A program made the translations under genes and the position numbers. Positions 55,487 to 64,000 of a stretch of 64,000 nucleotides of DNA are shown here, one piece after another. This DNA comes from Candidatus Peregrinibacteria bacterium UBA1369 (GTDB lineage Bacteria > Patescibacteriota > Gracilibacteria > UBA1369). Every line of letters begins with the position of its first letter. The first letter of the stretch is position 1. Under the pieces are notes generated by a model, which was given only the letters and a program-made list of their open reading frames with translations, did no database searches and was not told the origin of the DNA. Where the stretch lies: assembly GCA_002305925.1 (NCBI GenBank), contig DBRL01000013.1, positions 54,540 to 118,539 of the forward strand, read 5' to 3'.

Positions 55487-56002
55487 TTACCAGCTGACAC
55501 GATCGCCAGGAGCGATGCCCCATCTCTGCGCCAGCCCCCCACCAATTTCCAAAACATACCTGGCCGGATATTGGGAAGCGTACTTGGGACAGTCCGCGTC
55601 ACGCATAGCCGTACAGGGCTGGGCCTGATGAACAACGTGCCTGACCGTACCGGTCTCATCGACAAAAATCATGTCCAGAGCGATCAGAGTGTTTTTCATC
55701 CAAAAATTGAGATAACCCTGACTTTCAAAAAGGAAGAGCATACCTTTACCTTCGTCGAGAGTACGGCGATTCATCAGACCGACACGTCGCTCTACATCGG
55801 TACTGGCCACCTCCATTTGCAGTTCGCGCTTACCGGCAGCTGTTTCGACAGTCACCTTTTTCTGCGACAATCCCGAATTGACGGTAACTGCAGATTCTTC
55901 CCCAACCAAATCGGTCCTGTTTTCCTGCCCCGGCCACAACGCACAGGAACACAAAAGCAGCAACGAACCTGACAATAGCAAAGCTTTAATAAAAGTTTTC
56001 AT
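55487..56002 (-). CDS. DUF192 domain protein (lipobox-like N-terminus)
   Basis: 171 aa with VASTDVERRVGLMNRRTLDEGKGMLFLFE...NFWMKNTLIALDMIFVDETG, typical of DUF192. Confidence 0.8.
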   Translation of the reverse strand: MKTFIKALLLSGSLLLLCSCALWPGQENRTDLVGEESAVTVNSGLSQKKVTVETAAGKRELQMEVASTDVERRVGLMNRRTLDEGKGMLFLFESQGYLNFWMKNTLIALDMIFVDETGTVRHVVHQAQPCTAMRDADCPKYASQYPARYVLEIGGGLAQRWGIAPGDRVSW

Positions 56003-56032
56003 TAAAAAAATCCATTAAATGATATTTTTTAC

Positions 56033-56500
56033 TCAGGGATAAAGATATCGCCCCTGAATCGTCTCTCGGGATACAAAGGGGTAGAAAAAAGTTCGCGAAT
56101 CCTTGCTGTGAGCCCTGTTATCGCCCAGAACAAAATACTCCCCCTCAGGTACGGGGAAATACCTTCTGTCACCGTAATCAAACTCCTGACTGGCCAGATA
56201 GGGCTCATAGAGACGTTGATACTGACCATCACCTTTCTTGATTGAAACAGAGTTTCCTTCGAGACGAACAGTTTCACCGGGTAAACCGATAATTCGTTTG
56301 ACGTAAAAAAAGTCATCCCCGTTGCTGAAAACAACAATCTCACCACGCCTCAACGGCCGTTCCTGATCGATTTTTGAATCAATTAGAAAAAACTCCCTGT
56401 CATAGAGAGTGGGGTCCATCGACTGCCCTTCTACAAGAAAAGGACTCACCGTCATCAGACGTGTCGCCACCATCATGATAAAGAAAAAATTGGACATCAT
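56033..56500 (-). CDS. lepB: Signal peptidase I
   Basis: 155 aa with VEGQSMDPTL (catalytic Ser box), YVKRIIGLPGE (Lys box) and GDNRAHSKDSR. Confidence 0.9.
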   Translation of the reverse strand: MMSNFFFIMMVATRLMTVSPFLVEGQSMDPTLYDREFFLIDSKIDQERPLRRGEIVVFSNGDDFFYVKRIIGLPGETVRLEGNSVSIKKGDGQYQRLYEPYLASQEFDYGDRRYFPVPEGEYFVLGDNRAHSKDSRTFFYPFVSRETIQGRYLYP

Positions 56501-56512
56501 CCCTTTGATAAA

Positions 56513-57364
56513 TTAATCGATTTTCTTTTCCAGCACGGCCAGCGCTTCCTCAAGCTCCTCTGGACTAAGCGGCTTGTCATGGTAAAAACTTTTATTTTCG
56601 GCGAAATCAACCCCCTTGGCCTTGACCGTCCTGGCAATCAGGGCTACCGGCAGACGGGTCTCCGAAACCGCCTTTTCCAGAGCGTCAAGCAGATGGTCAA
56701 AATCATGACCGGCAAAAATATTGATCGTACGAAAACCACAGGCTTCTAGCTTATCCGAAAGTGGGTCGGTCAGATTGAGATTGCGGACAATGCCGTCCTG
56801 TTGTATGCCGTTTCGATCTACCAGCAAAACAAAATTGCCAAGTTTGTTGTGACCGGCCTGGAGTACGGACTCCCAGACGGCACCCCCGGCCATTTCCGCA
56901 TCACCAGCCAGCACAAAAACCTTGTTGCGCAAACGCCCGGCCTTCAAGGACATGGCCAACCCCACCGCGCCGGCAACTCCCTGCCCCGACAAACCGGCAG
57001 TCAAAGGTACACCCGGTATGCGCGAACGGGGCACGGCGGTGAGCAGCGAACCGGTGGCCTGAAAATAATCCAGCTCTTCCGCAGGAAAATACCCCAGATC
57101 AGCCAAAACGGCATACCAGGTAGGCGCGGCGGAAAGTTTGGAAAGAATAAAATAATCCTGATCAGAAGCGTTGGGATTGGCCGGATCGATATTCAAAATA
57201 GGTCCGGACGCAGTCTGACCATAATAAAGCGCGGCCATAATTTCGACGCACGACATGGCACTGCCCACAGAACCGCTCTGCGCACGGGTGATCATCTTGA
57301 GAACCTCTATTCTTGTTTCGGTGGCCTTGCGCCGCAGGGCCGCCAAATATTCCTGAAAAGACAT
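56513..57364 (-). CDS. Transketolase, N-terminal (thiamine-diphosphate-binding) subunit
   Basis: 283 aa with SGSVGSAMSCVEIMAALYY, GSLLT..P....GV..TAGLSGQG and GDAEMAGGAVWES. Confidence 0.92.
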   Translation of the reverse strand: MSFQEYLAALRRKATETRIEVLKMITRAQSGSVGSAMSCVEIMAALYYGQTASGPILNIDPANPNASDQDYFILSKLSAAPTWYAVLADLGYFPAEELDYFQATGSLLTAVPRSRIPGVPLTAGLSGQGVAGAVGLAMSLKAGRLRNKVFVLAGDAEMAGGAVWESVLQAGHNKLGNFVLLVDRNGIQQDGIVRNLNLTDPLSDKLEACGFRTINIFAGHDFDHLLDALEKAVSETRLPVALIARTVKAKGVDFAENKSFYHDKPLSPEELEEALAVLEKKID

Positions 57365-57505
57365 TACTGGTTTGATAATTGTCCGCGCCAGATACTGCGA
57401 TGACCTGATTTTGCCCCAAATAAAGGTTTAAATAAAGACGAAAAGTCTTGCCGCCTACGGACATTTGCTCTACAAATATTAGGCAAAACTTTATCAACAC
57501 AAAAC

Positions 57506-57910
57506 ATGATTGACGATCAAATCCGTCTGGCCATTCAAAACGTACGTAAACTAAAAGAGGAATTGCGCCAAATCAAAAAAGATCTCCGCGAAGAGGAAAA
57601 AATCGACAGCCCCGAATATATCGACCTGGAAAAAGCTCTCAAAGATTTAAAAAAGCAGGTCAAGGACTACAAGGATCAGTGGATGCTGGAAATGCAAAGT
57701 GACGAAGACTATAACAAATTACGTGAATTGCGCATCGGTAAGGAAGAAGAAATTGCCGAACAAAACGCCAAATTATTCGAGCTGGTGGCCAAACTGCCCC
57801 AGAAACCGGTAGAAATGAACATGGATGGGGAAAACGGCCCGATTCGCATCCAAATCATGCCTGAGATGAAGCTTTATCTCAATGGACGGGAAGAGAAACG
57901 CCGCGCCTAA
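57506..57910 (+). CDS. Hypothetical coiled-coil protein
   Basis: 134 aa, rich in E/K/L with heptad-like character. It lies 5 nt upstream of the next gene on the same strand. No recognised domain. Confidence 0.5.
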   Translation: MIDDQIRLAIQNVRKLKEELRQIKKDLREEEKIDSPEYIDLEKALKDLKKQVKDYKDQWMLEMQSDEDYNKLRELRIGKEEEIAEQNAKLFELVAKLPQKPVEMNMDGENGPIRIQIMPEMKLYLNGREEKRRA

Positions 57911-57915
57911 ACACC

Positions 57916-59286
57916 ATGCCCATGAGCGCCCGGGACAAAAACCTCGATAGGAACAACCCTCCGGTTATCGCCATTGTCGGCGGCGGCGCGGCCGGTCTGA
58001 TGGCCGCTTATTTTGCCTCAATACAGACGGGACACCCCAGAGTAGTTTTGCTGGAAAAAAACAGCGGTCTGGGGGCAAAAATCATTATTTCGGGCGGTGG
58101 CCGCTGCAATGTTACCACCGGTCTGACCGACCCGCGGGAAGTCCTGAAAAACTATCCGCGCGGTAGTCGTTTTTTGCGTACGGCCATGTATAGTTTCCCG
58201 CCGCAAAGCACGATGGACTGGTTTGAAAGTCAAGGCGTACCGCTTAAAACCGAGACTGACCAGCGTGTCTTTCCCATCTCCAACGACGGAAGACAAATCG
58301 TCGAAGCCCTGGAAAAAGCCCTGCTCGCCAACAATGTACAGATCAGACTAAACTGCGCGGTCAAAAACATCGAAGCCTTGACCAGCGGCTTTCGGTTGAA
58401 ACTCGACAGCACCGCGGCTAAATCGAACCAGGGCAATAAAAGTGGTAACACGGCGGCAAAAGACTCCACCCTGACCGCGGACAGAGTGATTCTCACCACC
58501 GGCGGCAGCGCCTACAGACACACGGGATCCAGCGGAGACGGTTACGCCTTCGCCGAAAAACTCGGCCACCATCTGACCACGCTGGCGCCCTCGCTGGCCG
58601 CGCTCCAAACCGTCGAACAATGGGCACATCAATTGAGCGGCATCTCGTTTCCTGACGTTGAACTGGCACTCCAGACATCCGCAAACAGACACCGACGGCG
58701 CGGCCCCCTGCTGTTCACCCATCGGGGTATCAGTGGCCCGGCCGTCTTCGCCCTTTCCGCCCTGGCCGCCCATGACCTGATTACCCCTCAACAACCCGCG
58801 CACCTGCAGATCAATTTTTTCCCGGACAGCAACCCGGAAAAATTATCCGCCGAATTGAACCGGCAAATCGACCGGCACCCCAACAAAAAAGCCGCCAATC
58901 TGCTGGGACTCTTTGTCCCGCACTCCCTGGCCGAAAAAATCAGCACGGAACTGCTGACCCCGGCCTTCTCCGACAAAAACCTGACCAGCCTCACCGCCGC
59001 CAATTTTCCAAAAGCCCTGAGACAAAAAATCTGCGCGACACTGACGGCCCTGCCTCTGGAGATCATCGGCCGCGGCGCCGGTGAAGAATTCGTCACCGCC
59101 GGCGGAGTGGATTTGAAAGAGGTAAACCCGGCCACGATGGAATCGCGGCTGCGCCGCGGCCTCTATTTCGCCGGCGAACTGCTGGACATCGACGGTTTCA
59201 CCGGCGGCTTCAACCTGCAGGCCAGCTGGGCTACCGGCGCCTTGGCCGGCGAATCGGCCGCCCGCTCGGCCGCCAATTCTTGTTGA
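57916..59286 (+). CDS. HI0933/BaiN-family FAD-dependent flavoprotein
   Basis: 456 aa with IAIVGGGAAGLMAA (dinucleotide fold), ISGGGRCNVT and the C-terminal FAGELLDIDGFTGGFNLQ. Confidence 0.88.
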   Translation: MPMSARDKNLDRNNPPVIAIVGGGAAGLMAAYFASIQTGHPRVVLLEKNSGLGAKIIISGGGRCNVTTGLTDPREVLKNYPRGSRFLRTAMYSFPPQSTMDWFESQGVPLKTETDQRVFPISNDGRQIVEALEKALLANNVQIRLNCAVKNIEALTSGFRLKLDSTAAKSNQGNKSGNTAAKDSTLTADRVILTTGGSAYRHTGSSGDGYAFAEKLGHHLTTLAPSLAALQTVEQWAHQLSGISFPDVELALQTSANRHRRRGPLLFTHRGISGPAVFALSALAAHDLITPQQPAHLQINFFPDSNPEKLSAELNRQIDRHPNKKAANLLGLFVPHSLAEKISTELLTPAFSDKNLTSLTAANFPKALRQKICATLTALPLEIIGRGAGEEFVTAGGVDLKEVNPATMESRLRRGLYFAGELLDIDGFTGGFNLQASWATGALAGESAARSAANSC

Positions 59287-59399
59287 CTTTATTTCGAATC
59301 AGAATAAAATCGCGTCCTGCTCCTAATCTTGCTCGGCAGTGATTAGGCGGCGACACTTGACATGGACGGGACCAACAAACGGAGCGTCTGACGGCAATC

Positions 59400-59972
59400 A
59401 TGCGGGCAGACAACAACCAAGGGAGGCTTGAAAAAATGGACCACCACACAAGCGACATGCTCTTCCCCCTGATGCTTTTGGGAGATTACGTCAGAGCAGG
59501 CATCCGGCTGTCATCGAAACACCCGCTCATCAAAAGGCTGGGCGTTTGCCTGGCCAACACAAAACTGATCGGGCTGCATATCAACGAAGCGGCTCAACGA
59601 CAGGAAGTCCTGAGGAACAGCTTCAAACAGAGCCGGGAGAAACAATCAATTTTCCCGGAGACCCTACCCGGCTACTGCCGGCTTCACTCGGTACTGCACG
59701 GACTGATGGAATGGGAAAGGCGTTTCCCCAAAGCCTTTACCGAGACCCATTCACAAAAAGTCCAGGAGCTGACCAAGCTGGACCTCCAGACCATCGAATT
59801 GTTCGGCGAATGGGGTCTCTGTCTGGAACGTGCGGAAGAAATTCTGATCATGGCCGGACGGGGCCTGGTGAACATGGACATGAACTGTTTCCTCACCCTG
59901 CCCCAGGCAAGCTCTGCCCCCTACATTGAAATTATGCAGCTGCACCCACACAAGCGTTGCCTCGACGGCTGA
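59400..59972 (+). CDS. Hypothetical protein (weak)
   Basis: A 190-aa ORF with no recognised motif. A 127-aa alternative-frame ORF overlaps it, so the call rests on length and context only. Confidence 0.4.
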   Translation: MRADNNQGRLEKMDHHTSDMLFPLMLLGDYVRAGIRLSSKHPLIKRLGVCLANTKLIGLHINEAAQRQEVLRNSFKQSREKQSIFPETLPGYCRLHSVLHGLMEWERRFPKAFTETHSQKVQELTKLDLQTIELFGEWGLCLERAEEILIMAGRGLVNMDMNCFLTLPQASSAPYIEIMQLHPHKRCLDG

Positions 59973-60005
59973 ACCACCCGTCCTCCGATTGCCTCCTTTT
60001 GCCGA

Positions 60006-60043
60006 CAAAAAAAGCAAAAGGGGGCAATTCGACACGCCCCCTT
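60006..60043 (-). terminator. Rho-independent terminator of ndk
   Basis: On the minus strand, AAGGGGGC-N10-GCCCCCTT is followed by TTGCTTTTTTTG. Confidence 0.6.
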
Positions 60044-60085
60044 CAACCAAACCGGCCAGCCGGTATTTTCATTATGTACAATTGC

Positions 60086-60577
60086 TCAGGCATTCAGCTC
60101 CTCGGCCAGATAGACGTTTTCATATTCGCTCTTCAGATAGTCATGGATTTCATCCTCCTTGAAAAAACGCGGCACTTCCTTCATCGCCGTCTCCACGGAA
60201 TCGGAAGCATGTACTACATTGCAGGTCAGACTCATTGCGAAATCCCCACGGATTGAACCGGCCTCAGCCTCACGGGCCTTGGTAATGCCGACAATTTTTC
60301 TCACTGCCGCAATCACCTCCAACCCCTCCAGACAAACCGCCACCACGGGCGATTTCTGCATGAACTGACTCACTCCGGGGAAAAAAGGTTTTTCCGCCAG
60401 GTGAGCATAATGTTCGCGCAGTTTTGCCTCATCCAAAGTCATCATCTTGACCCCAACCACTTTCAGCCCTTTCTGTTCAAAACGCTTAAACACCTCCCCG
60501 ATCAGACCTCTTTGTATTCCGTCGGGCTTGATCAGCACCAGCGTCTTTTCACGAATTCCGGCAAAATTCATTGGCAT
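60086..60577 (-). CDS. ndk: Nucleoside diphosphate kinase
   Basis: 163 aa with TLVLIKPDGIQRGLIGEVFKRFE and NVVHASDS (active-site His). Confidence 0.95.
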   Translation of the reverse strand: MPMNFAGIREKTLVLIKPDGIQRGLIGEVFKRFEQKGLKVVGVKMMTLDEAKLREHYAHLAEKPFFPGVSQFMQKSPVVAVCLEGLEVIAAVRKIVGITKAREAEAGSIRGDFAMSLTCNVVHASDSVETAMKEVPRFFKEDEIHDYLKSEYENVYLAEELNA

Positions 60578-60643
60578 AATGATATAGATTAATGAATAAA
60601 TTTTTCGCGCGAATTATAATCAAAGCCCGCCCGGCTGTCATCC

Positions 60644-61795
60644 TCATTTCAGGTTGACCCCCACCGCTTCGGAAACATGTTTGTAACCGTCTTTTTTCAG
60701 CAGACGCTCCAAACCAAGATTGATCTCACTGATCAGCGACGGTCCCTGAAAAATCATGCCGGTGATCAATTGCACCAGGCTGGCACCGTTTTTAATCTTT
60801 TCATAAGCATCTTCGGCGCTGAAAATCCCTCCCACTCCGATGATCGCCTTTTTGCCACCGGTTTTCAGATAGACATGACGAATCAAATCGTCCGCCAAAT
60901 GCTGCACCACTTTGCCGCTGATCCCACCAACCTCGGGAAAATCTTTTTCCACTATTTTATGATTCTCCCGCTTCTTGGTCAGATTGCTGCAGACATAACC
61001 ATCGACACGATGTTTCGAGCAAACTTCCAAAATATCATCAATTTCAGACACCTGGAGATCGGGCGACATTTTGATAAATACAGGTCTTCCCTCTTGATAG
61101 AGTTGATCCAGCTCTTTCAGCAGCAGATCCAGACTCTTGCGATCAGTAAAAGGCTGACCGCCAAAGGCATTGGGGCAACTGATATTGACGGTAATATAGT
61201 CGGCATAGGGACGCACCTCCCGATAGGCCTTGGCATAATCCATGACTCCCTTGGTACAATCGACGGTTTCGGCACAGTTGGTTTTGGCCACGCTGACACC
61301 ATTTACAAAATGTCTGGCCAATTTCCAGCGCCGCTGCCGGGGAAATTCCCTGCCCATTCTTTTGGCCAGCACTTCAGCCCCATCGTTTTTCAGTCCATAA
61401 TAGACCAGCAACCCCTGCGACCTTTTCAACCGCCACAATCGCGGCTTGGCATTACCCTCACAGGGCTCACCGGTCACCGACCCATACTCGGCGAAACCGA
61501 AACCCAGAAAGGGCAGCACTGCGGAAAGCTCGGCGTTCTTGTCAAACCCCGCCGCCAGACCAACGGGACTGTCAAAGCGCAAACCGGCCACCTTCTGACT
61601 CAACATTGGACTGGAGGAGTAAAACATCGCTTTGATCAGCCAGCGTCCTGGTGCAAAACCACCGAGCAGCCTGCCGGTTCGCACCATGCGGTCGTGGATT
61701 TTCTCCGGATCCATCAGAAAAAACAATGGCTTGAGCAGGTGACGATAACCCCAGGAAAAGAAAGCGTCCCGCCCCCCGATAATCAATTTTTTCAT
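60644..61795 (-). CDS. pyrD: Dihydroorotate dehydrogenase (quinone), class 2
   Basis: 383 aa from MKKLIIGG... The motifs are LLKPLFFLMDPEKIHD, GLAAGFDKNAE, FGFAEYGSVT, NISCPN and GVGGIFSAEDAYEKI..GASLVQ. The start at 61795 avoids overlap with the upstream gene. Confidence 0.92.
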   Translation of the reverse strand: MKKLIIGGRDAFFSWGYRHLLKPLFFLMDPEKIHDRMVRTGRLLGGFAPGRWLIKAMFYSSSPMLSQKVAGLRFDSPVGLAAGFDKNAELSAVLPFLGFGFAEYGSVTGEPCEGNAKPRLWRLKRSQGLLVYYGLKNDGAEVLAKRMGREFPRQRRWKLARHFVNGVSVAKTNCAETVDCTKGVMDYAKAYREVRPYADYITVNISCPNAFGGQPFTDRKSLDLLLKELDQLYQEGRPVFIKMSPDLQVSEIDDILEVCSKHRVDGYVCSNLTKKRENHKIVEKDFPEVGGISGKVVQHLADDLIRHVYLKTGGKKAIIGVGGIFSAEDAYEKIKNGASLVQLITGMIFQGPSLISEINLGLERLLKKDGYKHVSEAVGVNLK

Positions 61796-61821
61796 GGCAG
61801 AGTTATTAATGATGCACGATC

Positions 61822-63450
61822 CTACCCCACAGGCCCACCGGTCTCTTCCTGACAATTCAACTGACGAACCTCAGCATAATCATAAATCATCTGGGAAGGT
61901 TCATAATTGCCAAAAGACATTGTCCGCGCCGTCAGATCAAAAACAGCAAATCCTCTGCCATTTCCGCCCTCCATGGAGGTCAGCACGGGATCAGCGCACA
62001 TGTCTTCGGCCGAATCAATATCCTTGAAAGCCAAAACCAGACTACCGGAAATCCCCTCACCATCCGGCAGCCAGGCCACCAGACTGGCCTGCGGCAAATA
62101 ATTTCCGATTGCGCCAAGCTGATCAAATTCCCCGGCCAGATAAGTTGCCTTCCACAATTCGCGCGGTTGGCAAGTCCCCACCGTAGGACAGACATAAATC
62201 CGCAACGTGACGGCGGAAAGATCGTCCTCGTAATCGGAGGTCAGAAAATACTCCTGGTCTCCCACATAGTTGATCAGAACCCCCCATTCCATCACCTCCG
62301 CTGCAGATATAACCTGATCGACGTCCTCATAACGCCACCATTCACCGGGTGCCAGCGGGGCGGGATTTTCCATCGGCTCACCACCATACACATCGCCATC
62401 CTCGTCGGCCCACTCTTCCCCCCCTTCATGTCCGGTGAAATACCAGTCCATGATGTCAATATCCCTGACCGTCTCCCCCACCTTCACCGGTAGGCTGACC
62501 AGCTCATGAGAAGTACAATTCTCAACATCCATACCACAGACGACAAATTCAGTATAACCGCCGAAACTGCTGCCGACATAGGCCATCACATTATAGGAAC
62601 CAGCCGGTACCGGCAATTTGTAGCCCACGCCATAGAGATAATTCTTCGACTGAATCTGCTGATAAGTACAATATTGGGCGCCGCTGTTGGATTCGGTGGC
62701 GCAAACCAGCATATTTTGCGGAATAAATTCACTGGGATAGCTGAGACTCCCCTCCAGATAGCCCTTGGAAACGGCCAAACCGGCATAGGTCTGATAGGCT
62801 CCGTAATTATTGCCATCGCCCAGACGATAAATCATTTCCGCCATTTCGCCGCGGGAGATTTTCTGGTCAAAACTGTTGATCGTGTTTGGAATCGCTTTCT
62901 TGGCACTTAGCACATCGACATAAGGCTTATACCATTCTTTCGCATCGGGACCGGCAGTCTGATAGCCCATGGCGTTGACGATGATTTTCGCCGCCTCTGC
63001 GAAATTAATCTCCTGGGCAGGCTTAAAAGTACCATCCGGGTAACCATCGATGATCATGGCGACCTTGGCCTCGCGCAGATAGGGCACATACCAGGCACCG
63101 TTCTCCACATCAGAAAAAGGCACGCCAATCAAACTGTAAATGTCATAACCGCTTGGATCTTGGGCGGGATTATACCCTTCACCGGTAGAACCGATGATTA
63201 TTTTGGTGAATTCGGCACGGTTGATGGTCTGATAGGGGCGATAGGTGCCATCCGGATAACCGGAAATAATGCCCTTGTCCTTCAGATAACTAAGGGCGGC
63301 AAAAAAACCGTCCTCCTCACCCACATCGGCAAAAACCATTCCATCGTCCGGCCATGACTGTACCGTTTCATTGGCTCCGGCCACATTGCCGAAAGACATG
63401 GTGAACAGCATGAAGACGAATAACAACCTGGCAAAAAACATTTTCCACAT
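61822..63450 (-). CDS. Secreted protein with three N-terminal SLH domains
   Basis: 542 aa with a signal peptide ending ...FGNVAGA. The SLH repeats are FADVGEEDGFFAALSYLKDKGIISGYPDGTYRP...INRAEF, FSDVENGAWYVPYLREAKVAMIIDGYPDGTFKP and KEWYKPYVDVLSAKKAI. The C-terminal half is unknown. Confidence 0.8.
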   Translation of the reverse strand: MWKMFFARLLFVFMLFTMSFGNVAGANETVQSWPDDGMVFADVGEEDGFFAALSYLKDKGIISGYPDGTYRPYQTINRAEFTKIIIGSTGEGYNPAQDPSGYDIYSLIGVPFSDVENGAWYVPYLREAKVAMIIDGYPDGTFKPAQEINFAEAAKIIVNAMGYQTAGPDAKEWYKPYVDVLSAKKAIPNTINSFDQKISRGEMAEMIYRLGDGNNYGAYQTYAGLAVSKGYLEGSLSYPSEFIPQNMLVCATESNSGAQYCTYQQIQSKNYLYGVGYKLPVPAGSYNVMAYVGSSFGGYTEFVVCGMDVENCTSHELVSLPVKVGETVRDIDIMDWYFTGHEGGEEWADEDGDVYGGEPMENPAPLAPGEWWRYEDVDQVISAAEVMEWGVLINYVGDQEYFLTSDYEDDLSAVTLRIYVCPTVGTCQPRELWKATYLAGEFDQLGAIGNYLPQASLVAWLPDGEGISGSLVLAFKDIDSAEDMCADPVLTSMEGGNGRGFAVFDLTARTMSFGNYEPSQMIYDYAEVRQLNCQEETGGPVG

Positions 63451-63478
63451 ATACGAAAGAAATTAAAGATTAATAAAT

Positions 63479-64000
63479 TTAATTTTTTATTATTTTGTCA
63501 AAGCGGGCACTGTCCTCATAAGGCCCGATCACCGCCAGCCGCAAAGCATCAAGTTTAAAAAGCTCATTGGCCACGCGGTTCAGCTGGGACAATTTTACCG
63601 CCGCAATGCCCTGACGCAAATCTTCCAGGGCCACCAGCCGGTCCTGCAGCAGCTCATATTTCCCGATCAGATGGGCATATTCCTCCGAATCCTCCAGCCG
63701 CAGCACAATTTTGCCGGACAGAAAGGCCTGGGCTTTTTTCAGCTCCTCGGCACTAAACCCCTTCGCCGCGGCCAGATGATATTGTTCTATGATTGAACGC
63801 AGAGCCTGGTCAATTTTCCCGACCGAAACACCGGCATTGGTGCTGATCGTTCCGACGTCCTGATATTCATCGGTAGCCGTATGTATATAGTATGCCAACC
63901 CCTGTTGCTCCCGAACGGAAAGAAACATTCTCGAACTCATGTTGCCACCCATAATCACGGCCAAAAGCCGCGCGGCGAAATAGTCCGGTGAGCCGGCGGA
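63479..64000 (-). CDS. M16-family (pitrilysin-like) peptidase, C-terminal fragment; the 5' end lies outside the window
   Basis: The frame is open to base 64000. ...DYFAARLLAVIMGGNMSSRMFLSVREQQGLAYYI is the conserved M16 inactive-domain motif. Confidence 0.8.
   Translation of the reverse strand, partial: SAGSPDYFAARLLAVIMGGNMSSRMFLSVREQQGLAYYIHTATDEYQDVGTISTNAGVSVGKIDQALRSIIEQYHLAAAKGFSAEELKKAQAFLSGKIVLRLEDSEEYAHLIGKYELLQDRLVALEDLRQGIAAVKLSQLNRVANELFKLDALRLAVIGPYEDSARFDKIIKN

Noticed and set aside
60677-61852. A 391-aa plus-strand ORF opposite pyrD.
   Set aside because: The minus strand encodes a full-length class 2 dihydroorotate dehydrogenase with all signature blocks. The plus-strand product is Q/H/G/T-rich with no motifs.
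1-64000. I searched for CRISPR arrays, IS elements, integrases, reverse transcriptases, toxin-antitoxin pairs, rRNA genes and UGA recoding.
   Set aside because: I saw no regularly spaced short repeats, no transposase/integrase/RT-like ORFs (no DDE, tyrosine-recombinase or YxDD motifs) and no rRNA-like sequence. Conserved genes such as the P-type ATPase and the hexokinase-like gene terminate at TGA at the expected lengths, so code 11 applies. The scan was visual and could miss small or degenerate elements.

Overview
The window is a 64-kb, gene-dense bacterial chromosomal segment read with the standard genetic code: conserved genes end at TGA at the expected lengths.

Bases 1-18.8 kb are one co-directional ribosomal super-operon. 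Its order is fusA(3' end)-tuf-rpsJ-rplCDWB-rpsS-rplV-rpsC-rplP-rpmC-rpsQ-rplNXE-rpsN(Z)-rpsH-rplFR-rpsE-rplO-secY-adk-map-infA-rpmJ-rpsMKD-rpoA-rplQ-rplM-rpsI, closed by a clean rho-independent terminator. There is no rpmD (L30) between rpsE and rplO, and several r-proteins and IF-1 carry low-complexity tails. Together these fit a CPR/Patescibacteria-like lineage, but that assignment is inference only.

The remaining sequence holds these groups:
- Housekeeping genes: trmD, a P2-type cation ATPase, rsmA, an HrpA-like DEAH helicase, a DinG exonuclease-helicase fusion, uvrB, class II photolyase, an ABC exporter, ndk and pyrD.
- A pentose-phosphate cluster: rpe, rpiB and a split transketolase.
- One tRNA-Arg(GCG).
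- Many envelope genes: three SLH-domain proteins, LemA/DUF2207 and several lipobox proteins.
- Several orphan ORFs.

I found no rRNA, CRISPR array, transposase, integrase or reverse transcriptase.

The best hunting candidate lies at 42.5-46.5 kb. It is a roughly 4-kb island of visibly higher GC whose only gene encodes a 1173-aa lipoprotein. That protein contains one degenerate half-module plus 18 complete tandem 58-aa modules, each with 8 positionally invariant cysteines and a DNDCDGxIDE acidic cluster. The module period is exactly 174 nt. The function is unknown and the composition points to foreign origin.
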